Source: Antedon mediterranea (Eukaryota > Animalia > Echinodermata). From it: 64,000 nt of DNA. The position numbers were made by a program, and so were the translations under genes. Positions 28,359-42,500 of the stretch are shown here, piece by piece (positions within the stretch are counted from its first letter, which is position 1; the number at the start of each line of letters is the position of its first letter). The notes beneath the pieces were generated by a model. It ran no database searches and was not told the DNA's origin. It saw only the letters and a list, made by a program, of their open reading frames with translations. The stretch is taken from assembly GCF_964355755.1 (NCBI RefSeq), contig NC_092672.1, forward strand, positions 18,303,237 to 18,367,236, written 5' to 3'.

Positions 28359-31008
28359 AGAAGGTAACCATCAAAAATTGCCGCGGGGAAATCAACAACA
28401 TTATGAACAAGTTTCTTGAGGTATTTAAGGATGGACTTGGAACCTATACAGGGCCTAAAGCCAAAATTCATGTTAACGCTGATGCTACGCCCTCATATTA
28501 CAAGGAAAACACGTGACTGCTACAGGAGTAAGTCCAACCGAGGAGAAGGTACAAGCAGTCAAGAACGCACCACCACCGACAGATGTGACTCAGTTGAAAT
28601 CATTTCTTAGACTCTTAAATTATTATTGTGCATTTTTATCTAATGTATCAACTGTGCTCGAGCCTTTAAACAGACTCTTCCGCAAAGGTGTTCAGTGGCG
28701 TTGGTCAAAGAGTGAGCAAGCTTCCTTTTATGAAGCTAAAGATGTTATCATGTTCGGATAAAATACTAGTGCATTATGACCCTTCAAAAGAAATTAGATT
28801 GTTATGCGATGCATCAGCCTATGGCATTTCGGCTGTTTTGGCACCACATTGATGGTTTTGATAAGCCTATTGCATACGCTTCGCGCACTCTGTCTTCGGC
28901 AGAGCGGAATTACAGCATGATCGAAAAGGAAGGTCTTGCTTGCGTATTCGGTGTAAAGAAATTCCACCAATACTTGTATGGGTTGCACTTTGTATTATCA
29001 TCAGATCATAAGCCTCTCCAATCTTTATTTATTGAATGTAAAGGTATTCCGTTAATGGCCTATGCTAGAATACAGAGATGGGCCTTAACTTTAGCTGCTT
29101 ATGATTATACTATGGATTATCGCCCTGGTAATCAGAATGAGGTGGCTGATTGTTGAAGTAGATTGCCTTTACCTGTTACTGAGAGCAATGTTCCCGTGCC
29201 GGGTGATGTGGTTTTGTTGATGGAACACATCATCAACAACGCCTCCTCTTCAGTAAAGTCCGATGACATCAGAAAGTGGACCGATAAAGATCCCATATTA
29301 TCTCATGTCAGACATTGTATATTATATGGTAATTGGGGTAAGACTAACGTACATCTTGACTCACAAGATGAGTTCAAACACTATTTTAGACGTAAAGATG
29401 AATTAAGTGTATATGATGGGTGTTTATTGTGGGGGTCCCGTATAGTGGTCCTTGCAAAGGGCCGAAACCTCATTATCAAGGAATTACATGATTGTCACCC
29501 AGGGATAACCCAAATGAAAGCTATAAGTAGACAATACATATGGTGGCCAGGTATTGAAAATGAATTGGAAAAATGTGTTAGCACATGTACCAAATGTCAG
29601 GTTAACAGGAAAAAACCTGCCGAGACACCTTTAAGTATGTGGGAGTATCCAAAAGAACTGTGGTCTCGAGTACACATAGATTTCATGGGACAATACATGG
29701 GAAAGTCATTTCTGATTATTGTAGATTCTTATACTAAATGGATAGATGCAGTGATTATGAATTCTATAAATGGTGAGTGCACAATTGAGGCACTTGGAAA
29801 GATATTCGCCATTCATGGCATTCCTAAGGTCTTAGTGAGTGATAATGGGCCAACGTACACCAGCACTCAATTTAAGGAATTTACTGTTTGTAATGGCATC
29901 AAACATTATTTTAGCGCCCCCTTTAAACCCTCCTCTAATGGTTTAGCGGAAAGGGCAGTCCAAACAGTAAAACAGGGCCTTGCAAAGATGACTGAGGGTT
30001 CATTGCAAATCAAGGTATCACAAGTACTTTTTAAGTATCGGATTACCCCCCATTCTACCACTGGTATTACACCCTGCGAGGCACTCATGGGTAGAATGTT
30101 AAATTCACATTTGAGCATGGTACACCCAAACTTAAACAATAAAGTAAGGCTTAAGCAGGAACGACAAAAATACCACCACAACCGTCACTCCCAAGTCAGG
30201 GATTTCGACATAAATGACAAGGTATTTGTTGTTAACTATGCCAGCGGTGATCGATGGCTGCCTGGGGTAGTAGAGCTTAAGCAGGGCAGCAAAATGTACG
30301 ATATAAAGTTGGTAGACGGTAGAGTTATGCAACAACATGTAGACCAAATAAGACGCCGTTTATCTGTGGGGGAAGACGGTAGTGTTTGTCAAACTGAAAA
30401 TTCTAGTGTTAATGTTTCTAGTATTAATGTTGATAGTGTTAATGTTTCTAGTACTAATGTTGATAGTGTTAATGTTTCTAGTATTAATGTTGATAGTGTT
30501 AATGTTTCTAGTATTAATGTTGATAGTGTTAATGTTTCTAGTATTAATGTTGATAGTGTTAATGTTTCTAGTATTAATGTTGATAGTGTTAATGTTTCTA
30601 GTATTAATGTTGATAGTGTTAATGTTTCTAGTATTAATGTTGATAGTGTTAATGTTTCTAGTATTAATGTTGATAGTGTTAATGTTTCTAGTATTAATGT
30701 TGATAGTGTTAATGTTTCTAGTATTAATGTTGATAGTGTTAATGTTTCTAGTATTAATGTTGATAGTGTTAATGTTTCTAGTATTAATGTTGATAGTGTT
30801 AATGTTGATGTTGATAGTACTATGTTGATAGTACTAATGTTGATGAAAATCTTGAAGGAACTGATCAAAATGATCACTTCAGCGTTAACGCTGGTAAGAA
30901 TGTCAACGAAAACGTTGCATCAACTGAGCAAAAGAATAACGATAACTCAGTGATTGTTCGAAGATCCATGAGAAATAGAAAAGCCCCTAAAAAACTGGGG
31001 TATGACTG
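28359..31008 (+). pseudogene. Gypsy A pol (RT largely deleted; RNase H; integrase)
   Basis: EVFKDGLGTY jumps to LKSFLRLLNYY; CDASAYG, PIAYASRTLSSAERNYS, RIQRWAL; integrase H..HPG..C..C, HIDF, SDNG-35-ER; terminal RRSMRNRKAPKKLGYD*. Confidence 0.93.
30406..30810 (+). repeat. 30-bp minisatellite (~13 copies) in the integrase C-terminal tail
   Basis: GTATTAATGTTGATAGTGTTAATGTTTCTA, nearly invariant; encodes (SINVDSVNVS)n. Confidence 0.97.
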
Positions 31009-31319
31009 ATTCGTTCATGTTACTGTGTTAAAAAAAGGTCACAATCATTTGTTCATATGTCACTGTGTTAAAAAAAAGTTACAATTATTCACTTTAGGGT
31101 TCAATGCTTAAACGGGAGGGTGTGATATTCATATATTATTTGTTGACCTTTGAACTTTACTGTACCATGATAACCATGCCCCGGATGTAGTACGCGATGG
31201 GCACACGTGCAACTGTATCACCGCACTGGCGGCACTATGATTAAGGTAGCAATAAAAGAAGACTTGTTTTACTTTAGCGTACATGTGCTTTTTATATTAA
31301 TAACTCCAAGTTATTACAG

Positions 31320-32140
31320 GCACCATTGCATGCGTTGGTAGGAAAGTAAGGGACGACAACATAGTAACATGAATCGTCTTCCGCAACCTACCAGATAACT
31401 TTTTTTGTCTTTCGGGTCAAAAGGGAATCAGCGAGGAAGATGTCGGAGACTGAAATTATATTACTATTATTTTGTTACTTTTATTGAGAATGATTCTATT
31501 ATATTTAATCGTATTTTACACTTATATAATTATTTTGATTGAAACTACTTATTATCATAGAATGTCGTGGCGCGAACGGTTACCTCGTGAGGAGTTGACA
31601 TAGAAGCTCAAGGAGGATAAGTTGTGTTAAAAGTAGTTTAAAGTTTGTTTTGCAAAAAGGAACCATTTTAATTATGGTTGCTGTTAATGACAATTGCAGA
31701 CTGCAGTAAATTAAGCTGATTTGAGAGCAACTTGTTTTTTTATTGTAACGATACTAAGCTGTGTTAGTGTTACATGAATTACTATTTTGAGGACTTGCTA
31801 TGATATAATTTCCCGAGTTAAAGATGTGTTATTGGCTGAATGCTATAATGATGTAAACTGATGGAGATAGATAACTTTGAGAAGTTATTATTTGAGTTGT
31901 ATTCTTTATGATGATTTGAGGTAATAATGCTTAGATATAAGTTGAAGAGGTTAACTTATGTCATTGTAATATTATTTTATCTGATTGGTATTACAGGGGT
32001 GTGTATTTTAGTCCGTTTAATAATTCACGTTCGATGATTTACAGTCCAGTTATAATAAAAGTCTTACAATTTAAATACAGAACAGAGTACGAGGTTCTTT
32101 TTTGCTCTTTGTGTGTGGCCCACGACATCATTATAGAATA
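31320..32140 (+). mobile_element. Truncated LTR-like segment (BEL-like)
   Basis: AATAAA at ~32054 followed by a U5-like GT-rich tract; ends not verified. Confidence 0.35.
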
Positions 32141-32159
32141 TGTGATTTACTTATAGAAT

Positions 32160-33480
32160 TTCAAGAGGTCTTTGTATCCAGTGATAAAGACTTGTGAAAC
32201 CTTTCATTGATACCAGTAATGCACGGCCAATACGGAAACCTCCCCGGAGACAACCTGTGAAGTACTAGGAAGAAATAAAGAACCAGATCACTGACTTATT
32301 AGAACGAGGGGTTATTGAGCCTACTGAGAGTCTTTGGGCATCGAAAAGGTACCCAGAATATCTAAGGGAAAGCCGGCCCTTTTATCGCCAGGCGAAAGAA
32401 ACGAACTGAGTTCCCAAGAAGAAAACGATACTAAAGTTACCGACCTCATCCGATCTTCAATACCATTTAAGAATACAACACAATGTACCCGTGCAAGCAA
32501 CGCCCTGCAAGGCAACATCGTGTGCCGAGTGGTGAAAGTAGTGGAAACTAGCACTATTACTATGATGCGGAGCGGAAACGTACTACAAATAGAAGAAACC
32601 TCCAGCGAGTATTTTTTTTTAATTGAGTAATAGGCATATTGTTAAAGTTTATAATTGATGCTCTTTGTTTGCTTTAAAATTTAAATAACTAAAACTATAG
32701 TAAAAGGCATAGTAGACCCTTTGTATAGAATTGTAAATTAATTGTATTCTTGATCATTTTTAGGCTAAGCCTATTTTTTTGTATTCTGATTCAGAGGACG
32801 AATCAGTCCGAGAGGGGGATAATGTAACGGAATTTGGTACAGTATATATAGCCCAAATCATTTATTTCCTACCTATTGCTATAATGTAGCAGGCCAAATA
32901 AGACTAAGTTCTGATTTAGCACAAGTGTGAAAATGAAAATGTTGATGTAAAATAAACCACGAAATAGCCTAAAAACCCGAATAAATTGACCAATAAATTG
33001 ACCAAGACAACAGAAAAAGTCTGCCACACTGTTTCACTAACTTGTCAAGACAAGCTAATTATTTATTCACAAGTGTCATAGTGATGTGAACATAAACATA
33101 AACCCTTTTTACCTAGCAATAATTATTTAATTTAGTGTATGTACTGTATGTGTGTGGGCCTACAGCGAGCAGACTGAACGAGAGGAACCTGATGATAGGC
33201 TAGCTTAGTGAGATTAAACTTCCCATCTGTCCGTAGAATAAACTAGGGTGTGGGACTCTTCCGGTGGTCCGTTTATTAGAAGGAGCACACTCCTTTCGAT
33301 AAGCCGAGCATCTTGTCTTTAACTTTATAATAAATAACTAGGCTGGCCAGGCTCTAGGCCTAACGAACGAGATTGCTACCGGACTATAGTACGCAGTAGA
33401 GACAGGCGAGAGAGAAAAAGATTTTCTATCCACTATTTCATCAAATTTGAACAGAAAAGGTCCACAGGGTTGTCGTTACA
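32160..33480 (+). mobile_element. Heavily deleted Gypsy remnant with 3' LTR 32823-33480
   Basis: EEIKNQITDLLERGVIEP.ESLW (RT N-terminus), gaggacgaatc plus PPT gagagggggataa, then TGTAACG...CGTTACA. Confidence 0.7.
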
Positions 33481-34480
33481 AAGCTTCCTGCCAACAATTT
33501 TATGAAGTGATTATGCTATGGGGTGCATGGCCCCAGACTAGCAGACTTTGTGACAAGAAATTTACTGGGCCCTAATGTTTATTCAATCTATTAAAAGGTG
33601 GCGAAAACAACATGAGGTGAAATTATAACCTGGATTTGATGAGAAAAACTGTTTCACAGATGTACAAAGATGCGAAGCAGAGACAAAATATCACTCAACC
33701 AATTTCAACACTTATTGCAGAAGATAAGACTACTACAATTGCTGAGATATGATATGACCAAGTGTCAGACAGTCTTGTTGGATTTTTTGGAATTGATGGA
33801 GAGAATCATAAGTGCCTGGATAACTATTCAATTGTACTTGGGAATGATGAAAATACCTATGACAAGCTCGTCAAAATTGGATCTTATGCTTGTCTCATAA
33901 AAATCCACGCATACCAATCCTGATAATGCCAACGTGCAACTGCTTTTCTCACATTATGGTTCGACACCAACACCAAAGGATTCAGCGATATTATGAACAA
34001 CATATTGAGCCGGTGCTTGGACCACTTATAGGTGGATCATCTGATGGTGATTCTCGTAGAAGAAAGTTGATGCTGGAAGAGGCTTCTACAGCATATGGTG
34101 AAATGAAATTTAGGCCAATACCCAAAGCCTTGGGTTTCATCTATTCAGCACGCATGGAAAAAAATTTAGGCCTACAGAATAATGGTTATACTATACACAG
34201 AGTTTGTGATCAAGATCCAATTCACAATCTTAAGAAAGCTATTAACCCATTAGATTTGTCAACTACATGTCGGATGCAACATCGCCACAATTAATCATCT
34301 CCACTTAGTGTATAATGAGTTCAATGCAATCCAACATGGTCTGTATAGAGACGATATATTATGCAGGGATTGACAAAATTGGGCTGCTGCTCAAGGACTT
34401 GTTTACAAAACATAATAGATGGCAATGATGGCAAAATATTCTTCTTCTGTATTTGAAGATTGTATGGTTTTATCTTGAAA

Positions 34481-34665
34481 TAATAATAATAATAATAATG
34501 GCAATTTGTAAAGCGCAAGCATCCGTCTAAAAAAAGACGCTCACTGCGCTACTGAACAAAGAACATGAAAAAAGTTACAAATCTTAAACTACTAGACTAC
34601 GAACATTACAAATACGCTACAAGTTTTCTGGATAAGACATGGTGAATAAATGAGTCTTAAAAAAA
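34481..34665 (-). mobile_element. L2-type LINE 3' tail
   Basis: On -: aagactcatttattc (KTHLF), agcgcagtgagc...gcgctttacaaat, then (ATT)n. Confidence 0.7.
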
Positions 34666-36402
34666 GAATCACATATGCAGCAATTGTTTTTTGGACTATG
34701 GAGAAATTGGATTCTGAACACCCTTAATCTAACATTGATAAACAATTTTATTACCGACATTGCTTTCAAGATATGCTCCTATCATGTCATTTTGCTGTTA
34801 TGCTAATTGTTTACTATAGGGACAATCACCCAACATTACAATGCCGACTTGATCTTGTTGGGTCAGAACCATGTGAAATATACTTCAGTCAGAATGGTGC
34901 AAACACATTATTAGATTAGATTAGATTATTAGATGCAGATCCAAATGGTCATTTTCTCGAGCACATAAAAAGCAAGAAAACATTTGGGGAAAATAGTTCC
35001 CAGGTAAGCAGGCAAACTTAGGCGTATATCCAGACGAAGGTGAAGAAATTGTTGAATGGAAAAAGGGCATCCAAATTGCAAGAAAGATGGCTGTTCAAGC
35101 TGGAATGCTTCCCGATCATGTTAATGGTGATGGTGATGATGATGATGACTGGGTTTACATCACTGCATTTTAATTAAATTTAGGTACTGTGCTTTTTTTA
35201 GAAAATATTCAAAATAATCATGTACTGTATATATTTATTACAGGAAAGTGGATCCAACTGTCTTAGTACCAGGATATGGCCATCAGTACAATAGTTTTAC
35301 AGCTCAATAGCAATCCCGCACTTTCCTATGATAGGCTTGTTCGTGTACAACATCACTGGGGCTGATCCAGGGTGGGGGGAAGGGTCCCCACGGGGTCCGG
35401 ATCCCCTAAATTTTAAGGGTGCCCTTTTTTTAGAGGTTCAATATTTTATTCGTGTGACATATTTGTGTGTATATTAGTATGCACAGAGTAGGCTACACTA
35501 ACCCCAAAAATAAAGACAGAAATTTATCACAATGCGCGCGATGTTAAGTTACGGCGGCCGATCAAAGAGCATCGTGAGAGGTGGTGACGCGTGATGATCT
35601 CTACTTAAACTTCTAAATATAGATTGTTTCACATACTACAGAGGGCGCATGTAAATACAGTAAGTGTATATTTAGGTCTAGGCTTAGGGTAGTATTTCCT
35701 AGTTAAATTACCTTACATACATTTTAGTCAATCTATTCTTAATTTCCATTTTCATTAACCACGTTACTATGCGCATAATGCCGCCATTGGCGCGGTGTTG
35801 TTATACATTATTAATAAACACTTTTAGTTTTATTCTGAAAATAAATTAATCATGAAAATATTTTTTTTAGTGAATATTTATTTACCTATAATATAAGATC
35901 AAGTATTTTTTATTTCCATTTCACTCAACCACAAACATGTGAATAATGAATGTGGTTGTTAAAAGATTGTTATCGTCCTACTATAGCTAGATAGAGGCCT
36001 ATAATATACTATCTATAGGCCTAGCTAGTAGTAGTAGTATAGCTTATTTGTTTACTACGAAACCCTCGAACGGCTCCATTGGCATTATCTACCTTATTTT
36101 AAAGTTGTAGTTAGGCCTCTTATGACCTCAAAATGTGTTTTCTACACCAGGTGTTGATGAGGATGGTAACCTATCCGATCCAGAAACGGCTGTCAATGAT
36201 GACATTAATGTAGACATTCAACTTCCTGTGGATTTAGAGATGCCCATTGAGCAAGAAGGAGGTAAATAATAATTCTTCACAACTGTCCATGTTCATGCAG
36301 ACAGTATCACGCGTTAGTGAAGAATGTATGTATCCTAAACAACTATAAAAATTTACAAAACGGATATACAGTATTTTCAATTAATGTTGTGATTATTTTG
36401 CA

Positions 36403-38548
36403 GTTATTTGCAAGGATGTTGGGGACATTGTTAACAAGCTTATTGATATATCAACTCTAACACCATCAGAAATCAATTTAAGTGGTTAGTGTGCAGCCCA
36501 TCAGATCATGGTGGATACTGCAAGTATTGTGTGATGCTCCCTCCAGATAAGACTAATTTATCCAATGCCGTATTAGTTGGGAGACCATTTAAAATTCTTA
36601 AGCATGCCAAAGGTAAAGATGGAGTACTTGATTGTCACACTAATTTCCAGTATCATAAAACTGCTGTAGAAAAATACAAGCAGCTTAGTATGTCTGTCCT
36701 ACATCCTGAACATCTTGTTGATGTTCTGTTAAATGACGCTAGCAAACAAATCTACAAGGACAATATCCATATTCTCCAAAGTATCATCGAGGCAGTACTG
36801 CTATGTGGCAAGCAGAATATTACCCTTCGTGGCCATCGAGATGATAGTACAAGCAGCTGTAGCAACACTGAGAAGTTTCTAGCCATATTAAAGTTATTAA
36901 GTAGTAGAGATCCAATATTGAGGAAACACCTGGAATCTAGTAATAAAAATAGCACTTAAACTTTGAAAACCATACAAAATGAATTGAGAGGTATAATTGG
37001 TGAATTTGTTAGGAATAAGATAACAATTGATTTGTCTGATCAAAAGTATTCGAAGTACTACACTATTATAGCCGATGAGGTTACTACTACTACCACCAAC
37101 AAACAGGTATTATCATTTTGTGTACGGTTCTTAACCGGTGATGAGCAGGTGGAAATTGCAGAACATTTTGTCAACTTTGTCAACTTAAACCGCACCACAG
37201 GCAAGGCGATTGCTGATGCCATCATGAAATCGTTGAGTGACAATGGATTCAACTACCAAAATCTCAGAGGTCAGGCATACAATGGGGCTTCGGCTATGTC
37301 ATCTGCTGTAAGAGGTGTGAATGGTAGAATAAGAGAGGTAGTACCATTTAGCACTATACTCCCACTGTAAAAGTCACATTCTGAATTTGAGTATCGCATC
37401 ATCCTGCAAGCTACAAGAAATTAGATGATTGGTTCAATCAATGAAGTATTTTTGTTTTTTTCAAACTCGCCAAAACGTCAAGCAATGTTTGAAAACGTTT
37501 TAGAACATTCTGATTATGATGGGAAAAAAAAGAAAATTAAGGGTTTTTGTAAAACACGTTGGGTGGAGCGTCATGATTGTTATGAAACGTTTCATGAGTT
37601 GTTTGCACACATAGTTACCACACTTGAAGTTATACTTCGGCCGAATGATTTCCCCCGACATAATTGGTAATGATGAATGGTCATGGGATCCCGACACCAG
37701 GACGAAAGCACAGGGGCTATATTCAACACTACAGTCTTTTGAGTTTTTAATGTCATTTTTTGTGACAAAGCAGTGCTTATTTCCAATTAGACAGATTGCT
37801 GTCAAGTTACAACACAGTAATTTGGACTCTTTCGAAGCCTACCATAAGATTGATACAGTCATTAGTCAGTTACAAGAGATAAGACGTGATATTGATAATC
37901 ATTTTTCTGCTTGGTTTTCTGATGCATCACAACTTACTGTAAGTGTTGGTGGCGTAGTATCCAAACCAAGAACCAACAGGCGACAATTGCACAGAAGCAA
38001 TGTGCCAGCAAATACCATTGAAGAGTATATCCGGAAAAACCTGGCTATCCCATTCATAGATCACTTGCTCAATGAAATGGAGACAAGATTCAATATCGCT
38101 TCACTGTTTGAAATAATTCCCGAATTAATTATCAAGAGCATCAACGTTGCACCCGTCTGTGAAAAATTGTTATTTTGGAGGAGCGACTTGCCATCTCCTT
38201 TGTCATATAATGAATTAAGGTACTGGAGAGCCCATTGGATAACCGCAAAGAGAGAAGACCATCCACAAAATTTACTTGAATGTCTAAGAAATTGTGACAA
38301 GGATATTTATCCCAATATTTATGAGCTCCTCTGTATACTGTATGTTGTGTCTACCAGTTGGTAGTGCAGAAGCGGAACGCTCCTTCTCAGGGTTAAGACG
38401 AGTGAAGAGCTACCTCCGTAATATGACGACGGTAGAGAGACTGACCGGATGATACATCATGATGTTGATGTAAATGTAATTTCAGACATTTTTATTCTTA
38501 GAAACAATAGGAGATTGTTCAAACGGAGCATTCTCAACATGTTGTAAA
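36403..38548 (+). pseudogene. hAT transposase pseudogene
   Basis: GGYCKYC, KQNITLRGHRDD, IQNEL, IIADEVT, LRGQAYNGASAMS, HCKSHILNL, CKTRWVERH, SAEAERSFSGLRRVKSYLR; stops and frameshifts. Confidence 0.92.
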
Positions 38549-38565
38549 TACTTTAAGATACTAGA

Positions 38566-38936
38566 TAATAATGTTAAATGTTCGTGGTGGTGAGCCAGAA
38601 TAATAGTATTCTGGAGTGAGGGTATGGGTTACCTCTACCTCTCTAGGCTCCCCAGACGCACACTGGGTTAACAAATGTATTGTAAATAATGTTAAATGTT
38701 CGTGGTGGTGAGCCAGAATAACAGTATTCTGGAGTGAGGGTATGGGTTACCTCTACCTCTCTAGGCTCCCCAGACGCACACTGGGTTAACAAATGTATTG
38801 TAAATGTTCGTGGTGGTGAGCCAGAATAACAGTATTCTGGAGTGAGGGTATGGGTTACCTCTACCTCTCTAGGCCCCCCAGACGCACACTGGGTTAACAA
38901 ATGTATTGTAAATAATGTTAAATGTTCGTGGTGGTA
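38566..38936. repeat. ~119-bp tandem repeat x3 in the hAT 3' region
   Basis: aaatgttcgtggtggtgagccagaataacagtattctggagtgagggtatggg...ctgggttaacaaatgtattgt repeated. Confidence 0.95.
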
Positions 38937-39577
38937 ATACACTACTTGAAAACTTATAATGTTTTACCGTATACTTTACGACGGGTATTGTCTGAATTCT
39001 TAATTTTGTGTTTATCAAATTATAAACGGAAAAACTGCTCAATTAAATCAAATATATTCAGTAATCAACATGAAAACAATGTCGAATGATAAAAGATTAC
39101 ATGCATCATCAATTGATAATAATAATGAATTATTATCATTTATGACCGTATCGGAAGTACGTTCATTGGACTTCCCCCAACGTTTGCATTGAACGCAACA
39201 AAAAAAGATGTATCTATAGTTAGTCGCCGCGTGCCTAGGCTATGCTCACTTTGCTGTTTGCTAGCTAGCGCTAATAAAGTGTCATTCCCGGCGAACTAGA
39301 AAGGTGCCATTTATCATAGATTTTGTGTGCGAGAGTACCGTTTCCGGCCATCTAAGTGTGTCCTGTAACAAAATTTGCTTCGCCACAACCCCCACCCAGG
39401 GGTTCAAATACTCAATATCTGATGTGCCCTTTTTATCGGTGGACCCCCCCCCCCCCTCTCAAAAATGTCTGGATCCGCCTCAGACATCAGAGACAAGATC
39501 AACAAAGTAAAGAGACAAATGAAAAGGATGCCATCAATTTGTTTGATGATTTCGCATTGCTAACCTTCAGCGAATAC

Positions 39578-42500
39578 TGTAATATAAGGATATACTTTTA
39601 TATTTAAGAAATTGACCTTTGTATCGGAATTCAAATAGGTTCACAAACTTGACCCAGAAAGTCCAAAGGAGAGTTTGTTTGTTTGTTTGTTTGTTTGTTT
39701 ATTGAGGCCGAATTGAACAAATTAGTCAAACTAGGAATCTTAGCAGTAGGACACCAATCGTATACTTCCCCTGTCCTTCTTGTTTCAAAGAAAAATTCAA
39801 AAGATAAAAGAGTTGTCACAGACTTCCGCTATCTCAATTCCAGGATAAAACGTATTAATCACCCATTCCCATTATTAGCCGAAACTCTGAAAACAATAGG
39901 TAACGCTAATGCACAGATTCTTAGCGTAATTGATTTGAAATCAGCGTTCCACTGCGTACCATTAGCCGAACATGCCCAACAATATACAGGTATAGCTTCA
40001 TATCATGGTGGAAAACATTATTATTATAAGAGATTAGCACAAGGATTAAACGTTTCGCCAGGTATATTTCAAGCAAAGATTGACGAAATTTTAAATGAAA
40101 TCCCAAATTCTAGAAAATTCTGTATCGCCCATCATGATGATATTATTTTATTTAGCCAAGACAAATTTGCTCATAAGCAGCACCTTGTTTCCGTTTTACA
40201 AGCCCTACAATTAAATGGTTTTAGAATTTGTCCAAAGAAATGTAAGTTATTCAAGAATAAAGTGCAATATATGGGACACACCATCCTGATTAATTCTTCA
40301 GGACACGCATGTATCACACCATTAGGCGACAGGTGTGCAGCTATCCGAAATTTGCCAGTCCCACGAACCCATAAAGAAACTAAACGATTTATTGGTGCAG
40401 TAAATTATGTATCCCATTTTTTCCCTCAAATACAATCAATTTTACGTCCGTTACATACACTCGCAAGTAAACGCCGAAAATTTGTTTGGTCTACTGACCA
40501 CCAGAAAGCATTTGACGAAATTAAACAATTAATGGTTAAACCACCTACTCTTCAAATGCCTAGAAAAGAAGGTAGATTTACGCTATATAGCGACACTTCA
40601 AGAACCGCAACAGGTTCATATTTAACACAAACAGTAAACGATAAAGAACACATAATAGGTTATTATTCCAAAATCTTACCACAAGCCTGTCAACGATATA
40701 GCGTCACAGAATTAGAGTTATTTGGACTTTACATTAACGTTTCAGCATTTCGACACTTACTAAAGGGTTGCGAATTTGATGCATTCGTAGACCACTCAGC
40801 AATTGTACAAATTTGGAATTCGAAAGATCAGCCATGTACACCCCGTTTACAGAAACTAATATTACGATTGTCCGGATACATTTTCCAAATTGGTTATAAG
40901 AAAGGAACTGAATTAGTTTTAGCGGATTTTCTCTCCCGAGCCCCTCGTGATGACGATTCCGAAATTGATCAAGTTGTACCCATTGCATTTAATATTACAG
41001 AGACTGAATCTCTTAACCCGATTACAAACACATCTACTAGCAGACCAGTAACAAGGTCATACGCCAAGAAAATGGGAATAAATATACCTGACCTACATAA
41101 ACCCAAACCAGTACAAACGCCCGTCATTAATCAAAACCCAGTGACAACAAACACGCGACCTACACCTCAACCTACCGCTACACCACAAATAATCACGAGA
41201 CAACAAACAAACGCACATCGATCACCGCCTATCATAACGCCACCTATCGTAACGCCACCCCCAATACGTAATGTAAACATTCGACAACCTCTAGAGGAAC
41301 GACTAGTAGACAAAAATAAGCAAAGCAAAGATACTACACATCGAAACGTACCAGTTGAATTGTATACATCGCCCAAACCACTAGTACCAAACATAACTGA
41401 ATTTAAGTCAGCACACATCCCAAAACAACAAGACTTAGATAGATTAATGGATGTTATTCAAAGAAAGATAATTAGAGATTATAACCTCCCAGTAGATGTT
41501 AAACAATTACGTGTTGAACAAGAAACTTCACCATTCTTTAAGCCAGTTTACGATTATTTAGCTCATGATATCCTTCCAGCCGATAAGAAAGCAGCTCGTG
41601 CAGTTCAGAATAAGTCAGAGCAGTACATATTGTGCAACGGTTTACTATTCCGTTTATTTTTCCAAGATAAAGGTGGAGAATTTGTATTGCAATTAGCTGT
41701 TCCTGAAAACTTAGCAGAGACTGTTATTTCTCAGTATCACGACAATTTGTTAAGTAGCCACCAAGGTACGATGCGTACTTACCTTACTACTAGGAAATTA
41801 TTTTACATGCCCCTTATGTTTGAGAAAGTCAACAATTATACCCAAGCGTGTCTTAGATGTCAACAATTTCGTCCCAAAACCGATAAATTACGTCCTTTAC
41901 ACGATCGAGTACCAGCAACTTCCGTCCCTTTCATACACTCAGTCTAGATTTTAAGAGTATGCCAACTTCACCTTCAGGTTTTAAACATATTATGGTAGTA
42001 TGTGATGAGATAACTAGATTTTTGATTTGTGTACCTTTGAAATTCATTGATGCCGAAACAATTTGTGAAGCACTAATTCAAAAGGTCATCAGTATTTTTG
42101 GACCCCCATCTCGTCTTATTTCAGATGCAGCAACCTCCCTTACAGGAAAATTATTAACACTGTTATGTAACACCCTTAATATTGATAGGAAAATCATCAG
42201 CGTCCACAATCACGGTAGTTTACAAGTTGAACGTCATATCCGCACCGTATCGGACCTGTTAAAAGTCAACCTTAACCAATTCGGAACAGATTGGGTTAGA
42301 TTTGTATCAACAACATGTTATGCTTATAACTCGTTTTCATCCCCACATCTAGGAAACCACTCCCCTTACGAATTAGTTTTTGGCCGCCAACCTCCAAGTT
42401 TGACCTCATTAGCATTTAACCCTATTTCAGGATTGTCTCATTCCTATGAAGAATACTTTGAACACCTCAAGAAGAAATTTCAAAACATTTCACAGACAAT

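Larger units (their letters stand above)
13118..31318 (+). mobile_element. Gypsy LTR retrotransposon A (K02A2.6-like), host of a large insertion nest
   Basis: The 5' LTR remnant (13118-13189 + 13832-13854) matches the 3' LTR 31121-31318 (TG...CA, PPT aaacgggaggg). gag, protease, RT/RH and integrase fragments occur in colinear order. Confidence 0.9.
35356..39483 (+). mobile_element. hAT DNA transposon (ZMYM1/P52rIPK-like transposase family)
   Basis: TIRs CTGGGGCTGATCCAG / CTGGATCCGCCTCAG, flanked by the direct repeat ACATCA (eroded TSD). Confidence 0.88.

Noticed and set aside
30382-30877. Hydrophobic (LMLIVLMFLV)n and (TLTLSTLILE)n ORFs as membrane or repeat proteins
   Set aside because: They are alternative frames of the 30-bp minisatellite
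38566-38936. CRISPR-like array
   Set aside because: The units are contiguous with no unique spacers, there are no cas genes, and the context is eukaryotic
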